Shown one piece after another: positions 1-9,300 of a stretch of DNA of 47,426 nucleotides. Under the pieces are notes generated by a model. That model saw nothing but the letters and a program-made list of their open reading frames with translations. It did not search any database and was not told the DNA's origin. Each line of letters begins with the position of its first letter. The stretch's first letter is position 1. This DNA is from Actinomycetes bacterium (lineage in GTDB: Bacteria; Actinomycetota; Actinomycetes; Nanopelagicales; Nanopelagicaceae): positions 1-47,426 of the forward strand of contig JAYTTL010000343.1 of NCBI GenBank assembly GCA_043745325.1, read 5' to 3'. Made by a program: the position numbers and the translations under genes.

Positions 1-1
1 T

Positions 2-487
2 CTCGCCTTTGGGACTACAACTTCGGCGGTGTGCGAGGTTACACCAATAGGAGTAGTAACCGGAAAGAAAGTGGGGGCATGCTTCGTCACCGCACGAAAA
101 AATGCTTCAGAACAGTACATAGACGCGTTGTCAAATAAAATTGTCATAACCGTTCAAAGCTCGACCCCCGTGACTTCGAATGTTCTAGGAACAAATCCCG
201 TGGCACCAAGTAAGGGAGTAGTGACAGTAGGACAAACAACCTGCAATCTTCTTTCTTATTCACTAACGAGCCTCGACGGTCAAGTTCAGGCAAATTTCTG
301 CCCGCAAGATGCTGGCAAAGTTGCCATTCTTTATGTCAGGTCTTCCTCCTCAACGAGAAAATGGGTAGATAAGAAGGTTGCAAGTGTCGTTATTGGTTCA
401 AACGGAGTAGCCGTTTTCGATGCGACCCTAGAGGTCCGTACATCTAACTATCTCCATGTCTTTGTGAATGGTGAACATAAGCTATAG
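2..487 (+). CDS. C-terminal part of a probable surface/secreted beta-rich (Ig-like) hypothetical protein, truncated by the window edge
   Basis: Frame is open from position 2 (LAFGTTTSAVCEV...), so the GTG at 29 is probably internal. Thr/Val/Ser-rich with paired Cys (TTSAVCEV...VGACFVTA), reminiscent of actinobacterial Ig-like repeats (inference). Confidence 0.5.
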   Translation, partial: LAFGTTTSAVCEVTPIGVVTGKKVGACFVTARKNASEQYIDALSNKIVITVQSSTPVTSNVLGTNPVAPSKGVVTVGQTTCNLLSYSLTSLDGQVQANFCPQDAGKVAILYVRSSSSTRKWVDKKVASVVIGSNGVAVFDATLEVRTSNYLHVFVNGEHKL

Positions 488-506
488 ATCAGAGATAACT
501 TCACCA

Positions 507-557
507 TTCGGATGGAGCCTAAAACGACGTGGCAGGCGATTTTAGGCCCAATCCGGA
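507..557 (+). terminator. Long imperfect hairpin downstream of the first ORF, probable terminator
   Basis: GCCTAAAA (517-524) pairs with TTTTAGGC (540-547), extended by TTCGGAT (507-513)/ATCCGGA (551-557). No clear U-tract. Confidence 0.45.
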
Positions 558-581
558 GGTAATCCGTGGTGTGATTTGGCA

Positions 582-589
582 GGTAAGAT
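582..589 (+). promoter_or_regulatory. Putative -10 element of the rpsB promoter
   Basis: GG-TAAGAT matches the actinobacterial TANNNT consensus, about 190 nt upstream of rpsB. Confidence 0.5.
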
Positions 590-595
590 TCGCTC

Positions 596-781
596 TGCAC
601 CCGCGAAGAAATTTGTTGGTGACATCTCAGCACTGCCTTGATTATCAATAATCAGGTGAATCATCTCGGTCCGTTCATTCGGTCGATGAAACTCAGTGCG
701 ACGGGCCTAACAAATAGTTTGGCCACAACCGAGCGGGTTTTATGCCTCTGCGCATAAAATCTATGAAGGAGCAAACCTGCC
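596..781 (+). promoter_or_regulatory. Structured rpsB 5' leader (candidate S2 autoregulatory element)
   Basis: Long UTR with hairpins (639-654; 736-761 GGTTTTATGC/GCATAAAATC), an ACAACCGAG motif and SD AAGGAG. rpsB leaders are established autoregulatory RNAs in other bacteria. Confidence 0.55.
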
Positions 782-1714
782 ATGGCAGTTGTAACAATGC
801 GAGAACTCCTAGATAGCGGAGTCCACTTTGGACACCAGACACGTCGATGGAATCCAAAGATGAAGCGTTTTATTTTCACCGAGCGCAACGGTATCTACAT
901 CATCGATATTCAACAATCACTTGCCCTCATTGATAGCGCCTACGAATTTGTAAAGGACACGGTCGCCAAGGGCGGTCACATTCTCTTTGTAGGAACAAAG
1001 AAGCAGGCGCATGAGCCGATCATGCAACAGGCCGCGCGCGTTGGAATGCCAACCGTGACCGAGCGCTGGTTAGGTGGAATGCTCACTAACTTTCCAACTG
1101 TATATAAGCGTATTCAGCGTCTTAAAGAGTTAGAGGCACTTGAGAACACCAACGATCTTCTGCTTACGAAAAAGGAGCTATTGATGCTTCGACGTGAGCG
1201 CGAAAAACTATTTAAGAACCTTGATGGAATCCGTCATATGACAAAATTGCCTTCAGCGATTTGGGTTGTGGATACTAAGAAAGAGCATTTAGCAGTTCAA
1301 GAGGCTAAGAAGCTCGGTATTCCAGTGATTGCTATTTTGGATACAAACTGTGATCCAGATGAGGTTGATTACAAGATTCCAGGTAACGATGATGCAATCC
1401 GTTCAATCGGTCTACTCACACGCGTTATCACCGATGCAATTGTTGCCGGCCTTGCCGCACGCTCTGCCACGGTAAAAGAGGAGAGCAAGTCTGATGCACC
1501 TGCCGAAGTTGCCGCGGGCGAGCCGATGGCCGATTGGGAGAAAGAGATTGCAATGTCCCAACCAATGTCCCAACCAATGTCTGAGCCAATAGCCAGCGAT
1601 GCTGAGTCCGAGGCGTCCCAACCAATAAGTGACGTTGACGTGTCCGAGATTCCAGCTCAAAGTGTGAGCGCTGATGATGTGGTTGAAACCCCAGCTCCTA
1701 CGGAAGAGGTCTAA
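782..1714 (+). CDS. rpsB: 30S ribosomal protein S2
   Basis: [33 protein letters not shown] and [10 protein letters not shown] motifs; acidic C-terminal tail. Confidence 0.99.
   Translation: MAVVTMRELLDSGVHFGHQTRRWNPKMKRFIFTERNGIYIIDIQQSLALIDSAYEFVKDTVAKGGHILFVGTKKQAHEPIMQQAARVGMPTVTERWLGGMLTNFPTVYKRIQRLKELEALENTNDLLLTKKELLMLRREREKLFKNLDGIRHMTKLPSAIWVVDTKKEHLAVQEAKKLGIPVIAILDTNCDPDEVDYKIPGNDDAIRSIGLLTRVITDAIVAGLAARSATVKEESKSDAPAEVAAGEPMADWEKEIAMSQPMSQPMSEPIASDAESEASQPISDVDVSEIPAQSVSADDVVETPAPTEEV
1551..1590 (+). repeat. 12-bp in-frame tandem repeat in the S2 tail ([12 protein letters not shown])
   Basis: CAATGTCCCAAC x2 followed by CAATGTCTGAGC; a partial copy GTCCCAACCAAT lies at about 1615-1626. 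Confidence 0.85.
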
Positions 1715-1719
1715 CCAGA

Positions 1720-2550
1720 ATGGCCGCATATACTGCCGCCGATGTAAAGCGTCTTCGCGAAGAAACTGCTGCGGGAATGCTTGACTGCAAAAAAGCACTC
1801 GATGAAGCCGAAGGTGATTACGATAAAGCGATCGACATTATTCGAGTCAAAGGATTAAAGGGAGTTACTAAACGCGAGGGCCGATTAACGTCAAATGGCG
1901 CAGTCGTTGCAAAAGTTGAGGGCAATCTCGGCGTCATGCTCGAACTCAACTGCGAGACTGATTTTGTTGCTAAAGGTGAGCGTTTCGTTGCCCTAGCCGA
2001 TGAACTCTTGGCTCACTTACAAAATGTGCGGTCCGGAAGCGTTGAAGAATTTCTTGCAACATCGATGGCAAGTGGCAACACAGTTCATTCGGTCATCGAT
2101 GAGGCAAATGCGATGTTAGGTGAAAAAATTGAAGTTCGCCGCATCGCAGTTCTTAAAGATGAACCAGTTGGAATTTATCTCCACCGCACAAGTCCCGATT
2201 TGCCACCACAAGTTGGCGTCTTAGTTCAACTCACTAAAGATGCTCTTGGTGTTGGAAAAGATATCGCGCAGCACATCGCCGCTTTTGCACCACTATATGT
2301 AAATCGCGAAGATGTGCCAGAAGATCTCATTGCCAATGAGCGCCGAATCGCACATGAGACGGCCGTTGAAGAGGGCAAGCCTGAGGCATCTCTTCTAAAA
2401 ATCGTTGAAGGACGTGTAACTGGTTTTGTTAAAGAGGTCTCCCTGATTGAGCAGTCATTTGCAAAGGATGCCAAGAAAACCGTTAAGCAGATACTCGATG
2501 AGGCGGGAACAGTCGTTAAGGCTTTTCATCGCTTCCGTGTGGGTCAGTAA
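1720..2550 (+). CDS. tsf: Elongation factor Ts
   Basis: VKRLREETAAGMLDCKKAL and ELNCETDFVAK motifs; follows rpsB. Confidence 0.99.
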   Translation: MAAYTAADVKRLREETAAGMLDCKKALDEAEGDYDKAIDIIRVKGLKGVTKREGRLTSNGAVVAKVEGNLGVMLELNCETDFVAKGERFVALADELLAHLQNVRSGSVEEFLATSMASGNTVHSVIDEANAMLGEKIEVRRIAVLKDEPVGIYLHRTSPDLPPQVGVLVQLTKDALGVGKDIAQHIAAFAPLYVNREDVPEDLIANERRIAHETAVEEGKPEASLLKIVEGRVTGFVKEVSLIEQSFAKDAKKTVKQILDEAGTVVKAFHRFRVGQ

Positions 2551-2559
2551 GGACAAGCT

Positions 2560-3282
2560 ATGCCCGGTACACGAGGAACGTATCGGCGAGTACTCCTTAA
2601 ACTATCTGGCGAGGTTTTTGGTGGGGAAAAAGGCATCGGCGTAGATCCTGATGTGGTCCAAGATATTGCTAAGCAGATCGCTGATGTTGCTCAAACCGGT
2701 GTGCAAGTTGCCATTGTTGTAGGTGGTGGTAACTACTTCCGCGGGGCTGAATTACAACAACGCGGCATGGATCGCGCGCGTGCCGATTACATGGGAATGC
2801 TGGGAACGGTCATGAACTGTTTGGCGCTCCAAGACTTTCTTGAAAAAGAGGGAATCCAAACGCGAGTTCAGACGGCAATCACCATGGGCCAAGTCGCCGA
2901 GCCTTATGTTCCACTTCGAGCGATTCGCCATTTAGAAAAAGGACGCGTTGTCATCTTTGGTGCAGGCGCTGGAATGCCATATTTTACAACCGATACGGTC
3001 GCGGCCCAACGCGCACTTGAAATCGGAGCCGAGGCATTGTTGCTTGCAAAAAGTGGTGTTGATGGTGTTTACAGCGCCGATCCTAAAAAGGATTCAACTG
3101 CCACCAAGTTCGACACCATCTCCTATGATGAAGTTTTAACAAAATCATTAGCGGTGGCCGACGCCGCAGCCTTTGCTCTTTGTCGCGAAAATAAACTGCC
3201 AATCGTGGTCTTTGACTTACTCAAAAATGGAAACATTGGTCGTGCAGTTCGCGGAGAAATGATTGGAACGTTAGTCGACTAA
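2560..3282 (+). CDS. pyrH: UMP kinase
   Basis: [23 protein letters not shown] and PYFTTDT motifs. Confidence 0.99.
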   Translation: MPGTRGTYRRVLLKLSGEVFGGEKGIGVDPDVVQDIAKQIADVAQTGVQVAIVVGGGNYFRGAELQQRGMDRARADYMGMLGTVMNCLALQDFLEKEGIQTRVQTAITMGQVAEPYVPLRAIRHLEKGRVVIFGAGAGMPYFTTDTVAAQRALEIGAEALLLAKSGVDGVYSADPKKDSTATKFDTISYDEVLTKSLAVADAAAFALCRENKLPIVVFDLLKNGNIGRAVRGEMIGTLVD

Positions 3283-3303
3283 GACTTTATCTTCACAAGC
3301 AAG

Positions 3304-4923
3304 TTATTTATCGGACACCATGATAATCGAGCTCGACGGACATTCGACCACGCAGATCCCGCAACCCTTGCAGTAATCCAAATTTATTTCAAAGCCTTTG
3401 CCCGGACCTAACTTAATAATGGCATTGTCGGGACAGACGCCAAAACAGTTATCGCACTCAAAACAGTTGCCGCATGATAGACAGCGCCGCGCTTCATACA
3501 ACGCATTGGATTCATCCAAACCTTTAACGACTTCAGAAAAATCTTTAGCCCGACGGCTGGCCTCTAAGCGCTCACGGACGATGTGAGGTGCATCGGTGTA
3601 GTACCACGTATTGAGTTGATCAAAGGTGACAATGTCATTGTTCTCAATTTTCTCGTATGCCTTTTTGCGAAGCCAAGCATCGATATTGCGTGCAGCTTTT
3701 TTGCCGTGTCCAATGCTTGTTGTCACGGTGCGCTCGGCTGGAATCATGTCACCACCGGCAAAAATTCCAGGATGTGAAGTCATCATTGTGGCATCAACGG
3801 GCATTACACCATCTTTAGTATCTAAATCGGCGCTATTTCCAAGGAGTGAGAAGTCTACTTCTTGACCCAACGCCAAAATCAAAGAGTCGGCTTCAAGGGT
3901 TTCAAACTCACCTGTGGGTTGAGGAAATCCATTCTCATCTAACTCCATTTTTTCAATGTGAAGCTTCTTCTCTTCAACATGTTTAACGGTTGATAACCAC
4001 TTAACCAGAATGCCTTCTTCGATTGCCTCGGTAATCTCTTGATCATTGGCCGGTGCTTTATCACGTGTGCGACGGTAGACAATTATCGCTTCTTCGGCTC
4101 CTAACCGTTTGGCCGTACGTGCAATATCCATCGCGGTATTACCACCGCCATAAACAACAACTTTGCGACCTAGCAACGGTTGACTACCATCTTCGACTTC
4201 ATGTAAAACTTTGATTGCATCTAAAATCCGCGCACTCTCACTTGCAGGGATATATGCGCGCTTACTCAATTGAGCGCCGATTGCTAAAAACACCGCGCTA
4301 AAGCCTTCGTCGAGTGCTTCGTGAACATCATCAGCGTGGGTATTCATTTCAAAGACAACGCCTATCTCCTTAATGCGATTGATCTCAGCATCTAAAACTT
4401 CGCGCGGCAAGCGATATTTTGGAATTCCATAGCGCATCATTCCACCAGGTGCGGGTGTTGCATCTCGAACGGTGACGTTATGGCCCATACTGCGTAAGTG
4501 ATAGGCCGCAGATAAACCTGCTGGGCCAGCCCCGATTACTAAAACCTTAAAACCACTCTCAACGCTCGGTGCCGGAATTGTCCAACCCTTTTCTATCGCA
4601 TGATCGCCGAGAAAGCGTTCGATGGAGTTAATTCCAACGGCCTCATCTAATTCGGCGCGATTGCATACGCTCTCACATGGGTGATAACACACACGACCCA
4701 TAATCGCTGGGAATGGATTATCAATAATTAGGGCTCGCCAAGCCGCTTCATATGCGCCATCCTCGGCGATGTATAACCAGTTTTGAATATTCTCACCCGC
4801 AGGGCATGCGTTATTACACGGCGGCATACGGTGGACGTACTCAGGTTTTTCTACACGCCATGATCCCGTGTGATTGGCAAGTGATGAGTTAACAGATAGC
4901 GTAATTGCAAAGGGATTTTCCAT
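3304..4923 (-). CDS. FAD/NAD(P)-dependent iron-sulfur oxidoreductase (GltD/DsrL-like) with a C-terminal 2x[4Fe-4S] PorD-like ferredoxin domain
   Basis: PPCNNACP...GRVCYHPCESVC Fe-S motifs, GAGPAG FAD motif, GGGNTAMD...YRR NADP-type motif, EARRCLSCGNCFECDNC...CP and DYCKGCGICVVECP. Start overlaps the porB stop (TAATG). Confidence 0.9.
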   Translation of the reverse strand: MENPFAITLSVNSSLANHTGSWRVEKPEYVHRMPPCNNACPAGENIQNWLYIAEDGAYEAAWRALIIDNPFPAIMGRVCYHPCESVCNRAELDEAVGINSIERFLGDHAIEKGWTIPAPSVESGFKVLVIGAGPAGLSAAYHLRSMGHNVTVRDATPAPGGMMRYGIPKYRLPREVLDAEINRIKEIGVVFEMNTHADDVHEALDEGFSAVFLAIGAQLSKRAYIPASESARILDAIKVLHEVEDGSQPLLGRKVVVYGGGNTAMDIARTAKRLGAEEAIIVYRRTRDKAPANDQEITEAIEEGILVKWLSTVKHVEEKKLHIEKMELDENGFPQPTGEFETLEADSLILALGQEVDFSLLGNSADLDTKDGVMPVDATMMTSHPGIFAGGDMIPAERTVTTSIGHGKKAARNIDAWLRKKAYEKIENNDIVTFDQLNTWYYTDAPHIVRERLEASRRAKDFSEVVKGLDESNALYEARRCLSCGNCFECDNCFGVCPDNAIIKLGPGKGFEINLDYCKGCGICVVECPSSSIIMVSDK

Positions 4924-5930
4924 TAGAGATGTGCGCTCTCTTCAGAAATTAAGTTATAGCGTGCAATATTTTTATCGGCGATGGCCTGTAAATGATCTAT
5001 GACATCATCGCGTCGTGTGGGGGAAAATAAATGTGCGTAACGCGTTTGAAGTTTTAAGTATTCTTCAACAGGCACAGGTTTTCGAATCGGGGTCGATGAT
5101 GTTACTTCACCAGATTCGGCTTCAAAGACGGGAAATAAACCCGACTGCGTAGCAAGGCGCGCAATCTTTATCGTGTCACAGGACTCCGAGCCCCAACCAA
5201 GTGGGCAGGGCACCAGAACGTGAATATAACGGGCTCCGCGAAATGACATGGCCCGAGTAACTTTGGCCTCTAAGTCGCGCAGGTCTGCAACGGTTGCCGT
5301 TGCAACATAGGGAATCTCGTGGGCCATGGCAATGCGTGGAAGGTTCTTTCCTTGGCCAAAGAGATTGCCCGGGTTTGTACCAACGGCTTGCGTTGTGGCA
5401 GTACGCGCGGCTGGCGGAGTTGCACCCGATCGTTGCACACCGGTGTTCATATAGGCCTCGTTGTCATAACAGATATATAGGACATCATCATTTCGTTCAA
5501 ACATTCCAGATAACGCACCAAAGCCAATATCAACGGTTGCACCATCTCCGCCTTGACCAATAACGCGAATATCATTTTTGCCTTGCGCCTTTAAGGCTGC
5601 GGCAACACCGGTTGCTACGGCAGGGGCGTTACCAAAGAGAGAGTGCAGCCACGCTAGGCGCCAAGAAGATTCAGGGTAAGGCGTAGAAAATACCTCTAAA
5701 CATCCCGTTGCATTGACGACAATAATTTTTTCATTCGTAGCGCGCATCGCCGCGTCTAGTGCGTAGCGCGCACCGAGGGCTTCGCCGCAACCTTGGCATG
5801 CGCGGTGACCCGATGTAAGTGCATTCGCGCGATTTGGGTCGGATTGAATCGAGCGATCTTGCGCCGGGAGCAAACGATTTCCAATTGCAAAACTTCCAAC
5901 TTGATAAAACTTGATGGGTGTTGTGGACAC
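4923..5930 (-). CDS. porB: Pyruvate/2-ketoisovalerate:ferredoxin oxidoreductase beta subunit (TPP-binding)
   Basis: GHRACQGCG, NATGC, GGDG...YDNEAYMNTGVQRS and PCPLGW motifs. Confidence 0.93.
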   Translation of the reverse strand: MSTTPIKFYQVGSFAIGNRLLPAQDRSIQSDPNRANALTSGHRACQGCGEALGARYALDAAMRATNEKIIVVNATGCLEVFSTPYPESSWRLAWLHSLFGNAPAVATGVAAALKAQGKNDIRVIGQGGDGATVDIGFGALSGMFERNDDVLYICYDNEAYMNTGVQRSGATPPAARTATTQAVGTNPGNLFGQGKNLPRIAMAHEIPYVATATVADLRDLEAKVTRAMSFRGARYIHVLVPCPLGWGSESCDTIKIARLATQSGLFPVFEAESGEVTSSTPIRKPVPVEEYLKLQTRYAHLFSPTRRDDVIDHLQAIADKNIARYNLISEESAHL

Positions 5931-7118
5931 TTATTTGCTCGCCTCTCGCAAAATTTCACTCTCTGCCAACGCTAGATCTAAATCGAGAAAAGTTAATTCA
6001 TCTACTTGATCACTACATGCCGCATTAAAAAAATTGCGAAGTGAGTCCTTAGTAATTGGGCGCCCACCTAGACCTGCGATAACTGTGTAATCCCTAATGC
6101 CAGATCCCCGTAAAGCGTGGCGAATATTTTCAATAACAATTCCGCCGATTCCGACTTGAAAAGCCTTCTCTAAAACAATGACGCGTTTTGCATTGGCGAG
6201 TGCTTCTTTTACTGCCTGAGTTGGAAAGGGTCTAAAGGCGATAATGCCTAGAACTCCAATTTTGATTTCGGCGGCAATCATCTCATCAACGACATCTTTT
6301 ATTGTTCCTAAAACCGATCCAAGGGCGATGACCACAGTGTCGGCGCCTTCGAGTTTATAACCGCGGATTAATCCACCTGAAGTGCGACCAAAAATCTCTT
6401 GAAAATCCGCGGCAACTTTAGGGATTACAACTAAAGCGAGTTGGTTTTTCATATGCGCCATGTACTTAACTTCCGTGAAGGCTTCCGGACCCACCATCGC
6501 ACCTATTGAAACTGGGTTAACTGGATCCAAGGTTTGGCGCGGGATATAGGCGGGTAAAAACCTGTCAACGTAACTTTGTTCTGGGACATCTACGCGCTCA
6601 TAAGCATGGGTCAGGATGAATCCATCCATGCAGACCATGACCGGAAGAGATAACTCTTCAGCAATTTTAAATGCTTGAACATGTAAGTCTGCAGCCTCTT
6701 GATTGGTCTCGGCATAAAGTTGAAGCCAACCTGAATCGCGTTGGGACATCGAGTCACTGTGGTCGTTCCAGATATTTATTGGCGCACCAATTGCGCGATT
6801 GGCAACCGTCATAACTATCGGAAGCCCGAGTCCTGAAGCGTTATAGACGGCTTCAACCATATAGAGAAGGCCTTGGCTAGCCGTTGCCGTATAGGTTCTG
6901 GCACCTGTTGCACTGGCCCCGATTGCTACCGACATTGCAGCAAATTCAGATTCTACGTTTATAAATTCGCAGTTTTCTAACGACCCATTTTTAACTAACA
7001 CGCTCAATCCTTCGACTATGTGAGTCTGAGGTGAGATTGGGTATGCGCAAATTACTTGTGGGCGACATGTTGCGACCGCATCGGCAACGGCTTTAGATCC
7101 TTCGATTTGTTTAAGCAT
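5931..7118 (-). CDS. porA: Pyruvate/2-ketoisovalerate:ferredoxin oxidoreductase alpha subunit
   Basis: AYPISPQT, VESEFAAMS, TATASQGL and NRAIGAPINIWNDHSD motifs. ATG at 7118 overlaps the gamma stop and is preferred to the 7127 start. Confidence 0.93.
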   Translation of the reverse strand: MLKQIEGSKAVADAVATCRPQVICAYPISPQTHIVEGLSVLVKNGSLENCEFINVESEFAAMSVAIGASATGARTYTATASQGLLYMVEAVYNASGLGLPIVMTVANRAIGAPINIWNDHSDSMSQRDSGWLQLYAETNQEAADLHVQAFKIAEELSLPVMVCMDGFILTHAYERVDVPEQSYVDRFLPAYIPRQTLDPVNPVSIGAMVGPEAFTEVKYMAHMKNQLALVVIPKVAADFQEIFGRTSGGLIRGYKLEGADTVVIALGSVLGTIKDVVDEMIAAEIKIGVLGIIAFRPFPTQAVKEALANAKRVIVLEKAFQVGIGGIVIENIRHALRGSGIRDYTVIAGLGGRPITKDSLRNFFNAACSDQVDELTFLDLDLALAESEILREASK

Positions 7119-7680
7119 GTGCGGCAACTATTCCCAAGACGTATTCATACGCCGCCGTAGCTGCGGCGCAGTTGGATGCGGCAATCTTTGGCTTGAATTT
7201 TTCGTTGATTGCATCGGTTACCGAATCAAGCGAAACGACTTTTGTGAGCGCGGCAAAAGCACCAAGCAATACGGCGTTTGGTACAGGCCGACCTAAATGC
7301 TCCATTGCAATCCCCGTTGCGGGTACGGTAATGCATCGAGAGCGTTGAAGTGAAACTTCGGCAAAACATAACTCCTCAAAACTTCTTGTCGAATTAATGA
7401 GCGCATAACCACTACCACTTAACCCAGCAAATACATCGATTTGTTTTAGTAATGTTGAATCTTGAATGATGACTGCATCGGGTGCCATGATGGGTTCGCG
7501 AACACGTATGTGAGCATCAGAGATACGACAAAACGCGACTACGGGAGCGCCAGTGCGTTCAGATCCAAAACTTGGAAAAGCTTGTGCAAAACGTTTTTCA
7601 GCAAAAGCTGCTTGCGCGAGTAGCTCGGCGGCGGTAACAACTCCCTGGCCGCCGCGACCATGTATGCGTACTTGAAACAC
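7111..7680 (-). CDS. porC: 2-oxoacid:acceptor oxidoreductase gamma subunit
   Basis: MFQVRIHGRGGQGVVTAA and FPSFGSERTGAPV motifs; SD GGAG upstream. Confidence 0.94.
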   Translation of the reverse strand: MFQVRIHGRGGQGVVTAAELLAQAAFAEKRFAQAFPSFGSERTGAPVVAFCRISDAHIRVREPIMAPDAVIIQDSTLLKQIDVFAGLSGSGYALINSTRSFEELCFAEVSLQRSRCITVPATGIAMEHLGRPVPNAVLLGAFAALTKVVSLDSVTDAINEKFKPKIAASNCAAATAAYEYVLGIVAAHA

Positions 7681-7875
7681 TCAGTAACTCTCCGCTCTAT
7701 CTGTACCTGCGAAACTACTACGCCATACTCCGTCGATGCGTATTAGTAGTGAGTGCCAGCGCCAATTTCCCGTAAAAGCCTTTAATTACGCATGTTTTGA
7801 GCAGTAATCTAAATCACGCTTCTTAATATAGAATTTGCGACAGCCATATTAGGCTTGAAAATAAAAGGAGTGACG

Positions 7876-8439
7876 ATGTCAGATGTAGCAAGTGTCCTCA
7901 AGGATGCCGATACTAAGATGAGCAAAGCGGTAGAAGTTGCTAAAGATGATTTTGCCTCTATCCGAACTGGCCGTGCGCACCCATCGCTTTTTAATAAGAT
8001 TATGGTCGATTACTACGGCACGTACACCGCGCTCTCTCAGCTCGCATCGATTCAAGTTCCTGATGCTCGAATGGCAACGATTGCACCATTTGATAAAGGT
8101 GCCATGGCTAATATTGAAAAGGCTATACGTGATTCAGATTTAGGAGTAAATCCATCTAGTGATGGGGTGCTTATTCGTATCAATTTTCCACAACTTACGC
8201 AAGAGCGTCGCAAAGAGTACATCAAAGTCGTAAAAAGTAAGGCTGAAGATTCAAAAATCTCCATGCGCAACATTCGCCGTTCGGCTAAAGAGGCGATTGA
8301 GAAGATGGAAAAAGATGGCGAAGTCGGTAAGGATGATGTGGCACGCGGTGAAAAAGAGTTAGAAAAGATAACGTCCGATCATGTTAGCCAAGTCGATGAG
8401 ATGTTTAAACATAAGGAGACTGAGCTCCTAGAAATCTAA
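7876..8439 (+). CDS. frr: Ribosome recycling factor
   Basis: IRTGRAHP, VDYYG, LGVNP, PQLTQERRKE motifs. SD AAGGAG supports ATG 7876; TAGAAT -10 at 7829-7834. Confidence 0.98.
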   Translation: MSDVASVLKDADTKMSKAVEVAKDDFASIRTGRAHPSLFNKIMVDYYGTYTALSQLASIQVPDARMATIAPFDKGAMANIEKAIRDSDLGVNPSSDGVLIRINFPQLTQERRKEYIKVVKSKAEDSKISMRNIRRSAKEAIEKMEKDGEVGKDDVARGEKELEKITSDHVSQVDEMFKHKETELLEI

Positions 8440-8454
8440 GGGCTTTTAACTTTA

Positions 8455-9300
8455 ATGTCTGATATTCACTCCATAAACGAGGCGATAAATAAGCGAGCCG
8501 GGCGAAAACTACTTCCCTCAATAGCCGTCTCACTCTCACTCATTGCTTTGATTTGGTTCGCACTGGCCTACCACCGCGAAATCTTTGCGACCGTTGTTAC
8601 CGTTGCGGTACTTCTTGGGATTCGCGAAATTGTACGAGCATTTAGTGCGCGCGGAATTTACTTGTCATTGAGAGCACTCATTATCGCCTCAATCGCGTTG
8701 TCATACGCGGCGTGGATTGGAGGGGTCGGTGGTTTGGCAATTGCCACCGCGATAGCAATCCCCGTTCTGCTCATCGGGCTATTAAGCAAAGGCCCTGAAG
8801 GTTTTGTTGCAAGTGCAACTGCCACCACGTTTTCACTTCTTTATCTGCCGTTTTTAGGTGGTTTTCTCATTCTTCTAGGGCGCACCAGTAATGGATTTGA
8901 ACGCGTTATGACCTTCGTCATTTTAGTTTCATGTAACGACACTTTCGGCTACATCGTCGGAGTTCTCTTTGGCAAACATCCACTTGTGCCCAAGATCAGT
9001 CCCAAGAAGAGTTGGGAAGGCTTAGTTGGTTCCTTCGTATTTACGGTAACTGGCGGCGTGCTTGCATTTACGCTCATCATGAATATGGCTTGGTGGATCG
9101 GTGCGATTGCCGGGTTAATGATTGTATTTACGGCAACGTGTGGCGATTTAATTGAAAGCGCTATGAAGCGCGATTTGGAACTCAAAGATATGGGTACGTT
9201 GCTGCCCGGCCATGGAGGAATGTTAGATCGCCTTGACTCAGTTTTAATTTCGGCTCCTGCGCTTTGGTTGGCCCTTGAGTTAGTGAAAAACTGGATATGA
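8455..9300 (+). CDS. cdsA: Phosphatidate cytidylyltransferase
   Basis: [15 protein letters not shown] and [10 protein letters not shown]...[18 protein letters not shown] motifs. Confidence 0.97.
   Translation: MSDIHSINEAINKRAGRKLLPSIAVSLSLIALIWFALAYHREIFATVVTVAVLLGIREIVRAFSARGIYLSLRALIIASIALSYAAWIGGVGGLAIATAIAIPVLLIGLLSKGPEGFVASATATTFSLLYLPFLGGFLILLGRTSNGFERVMTFVILVSCNDTFGYIVGVLFGKHPLVPKISPKKSWEGLVGSFVFTVTGGVLAFTLIMNMAWWIGAIAGLMIVFTATCGDLIESAMKRDLELKDMGTLLPGHGGMLDRLDSVLISAPALWLALELVKNWI

Noticed and set aside
661-888. Antisense 75-aa ORF over the rpsB start, and the 448-648 ORF
   Set aside because: Shadow ORFs over the conserved rpsB gene, leader and promoter; no recognisable motifs.
3304-4923. 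Annotation as glutamate synthase small subunit or as evidence of Dsr sulfur metabolism
   Set aside because: No gltB or dsrAB nearby; the gene is translationally coupled to porB and carries PorD-like termini.
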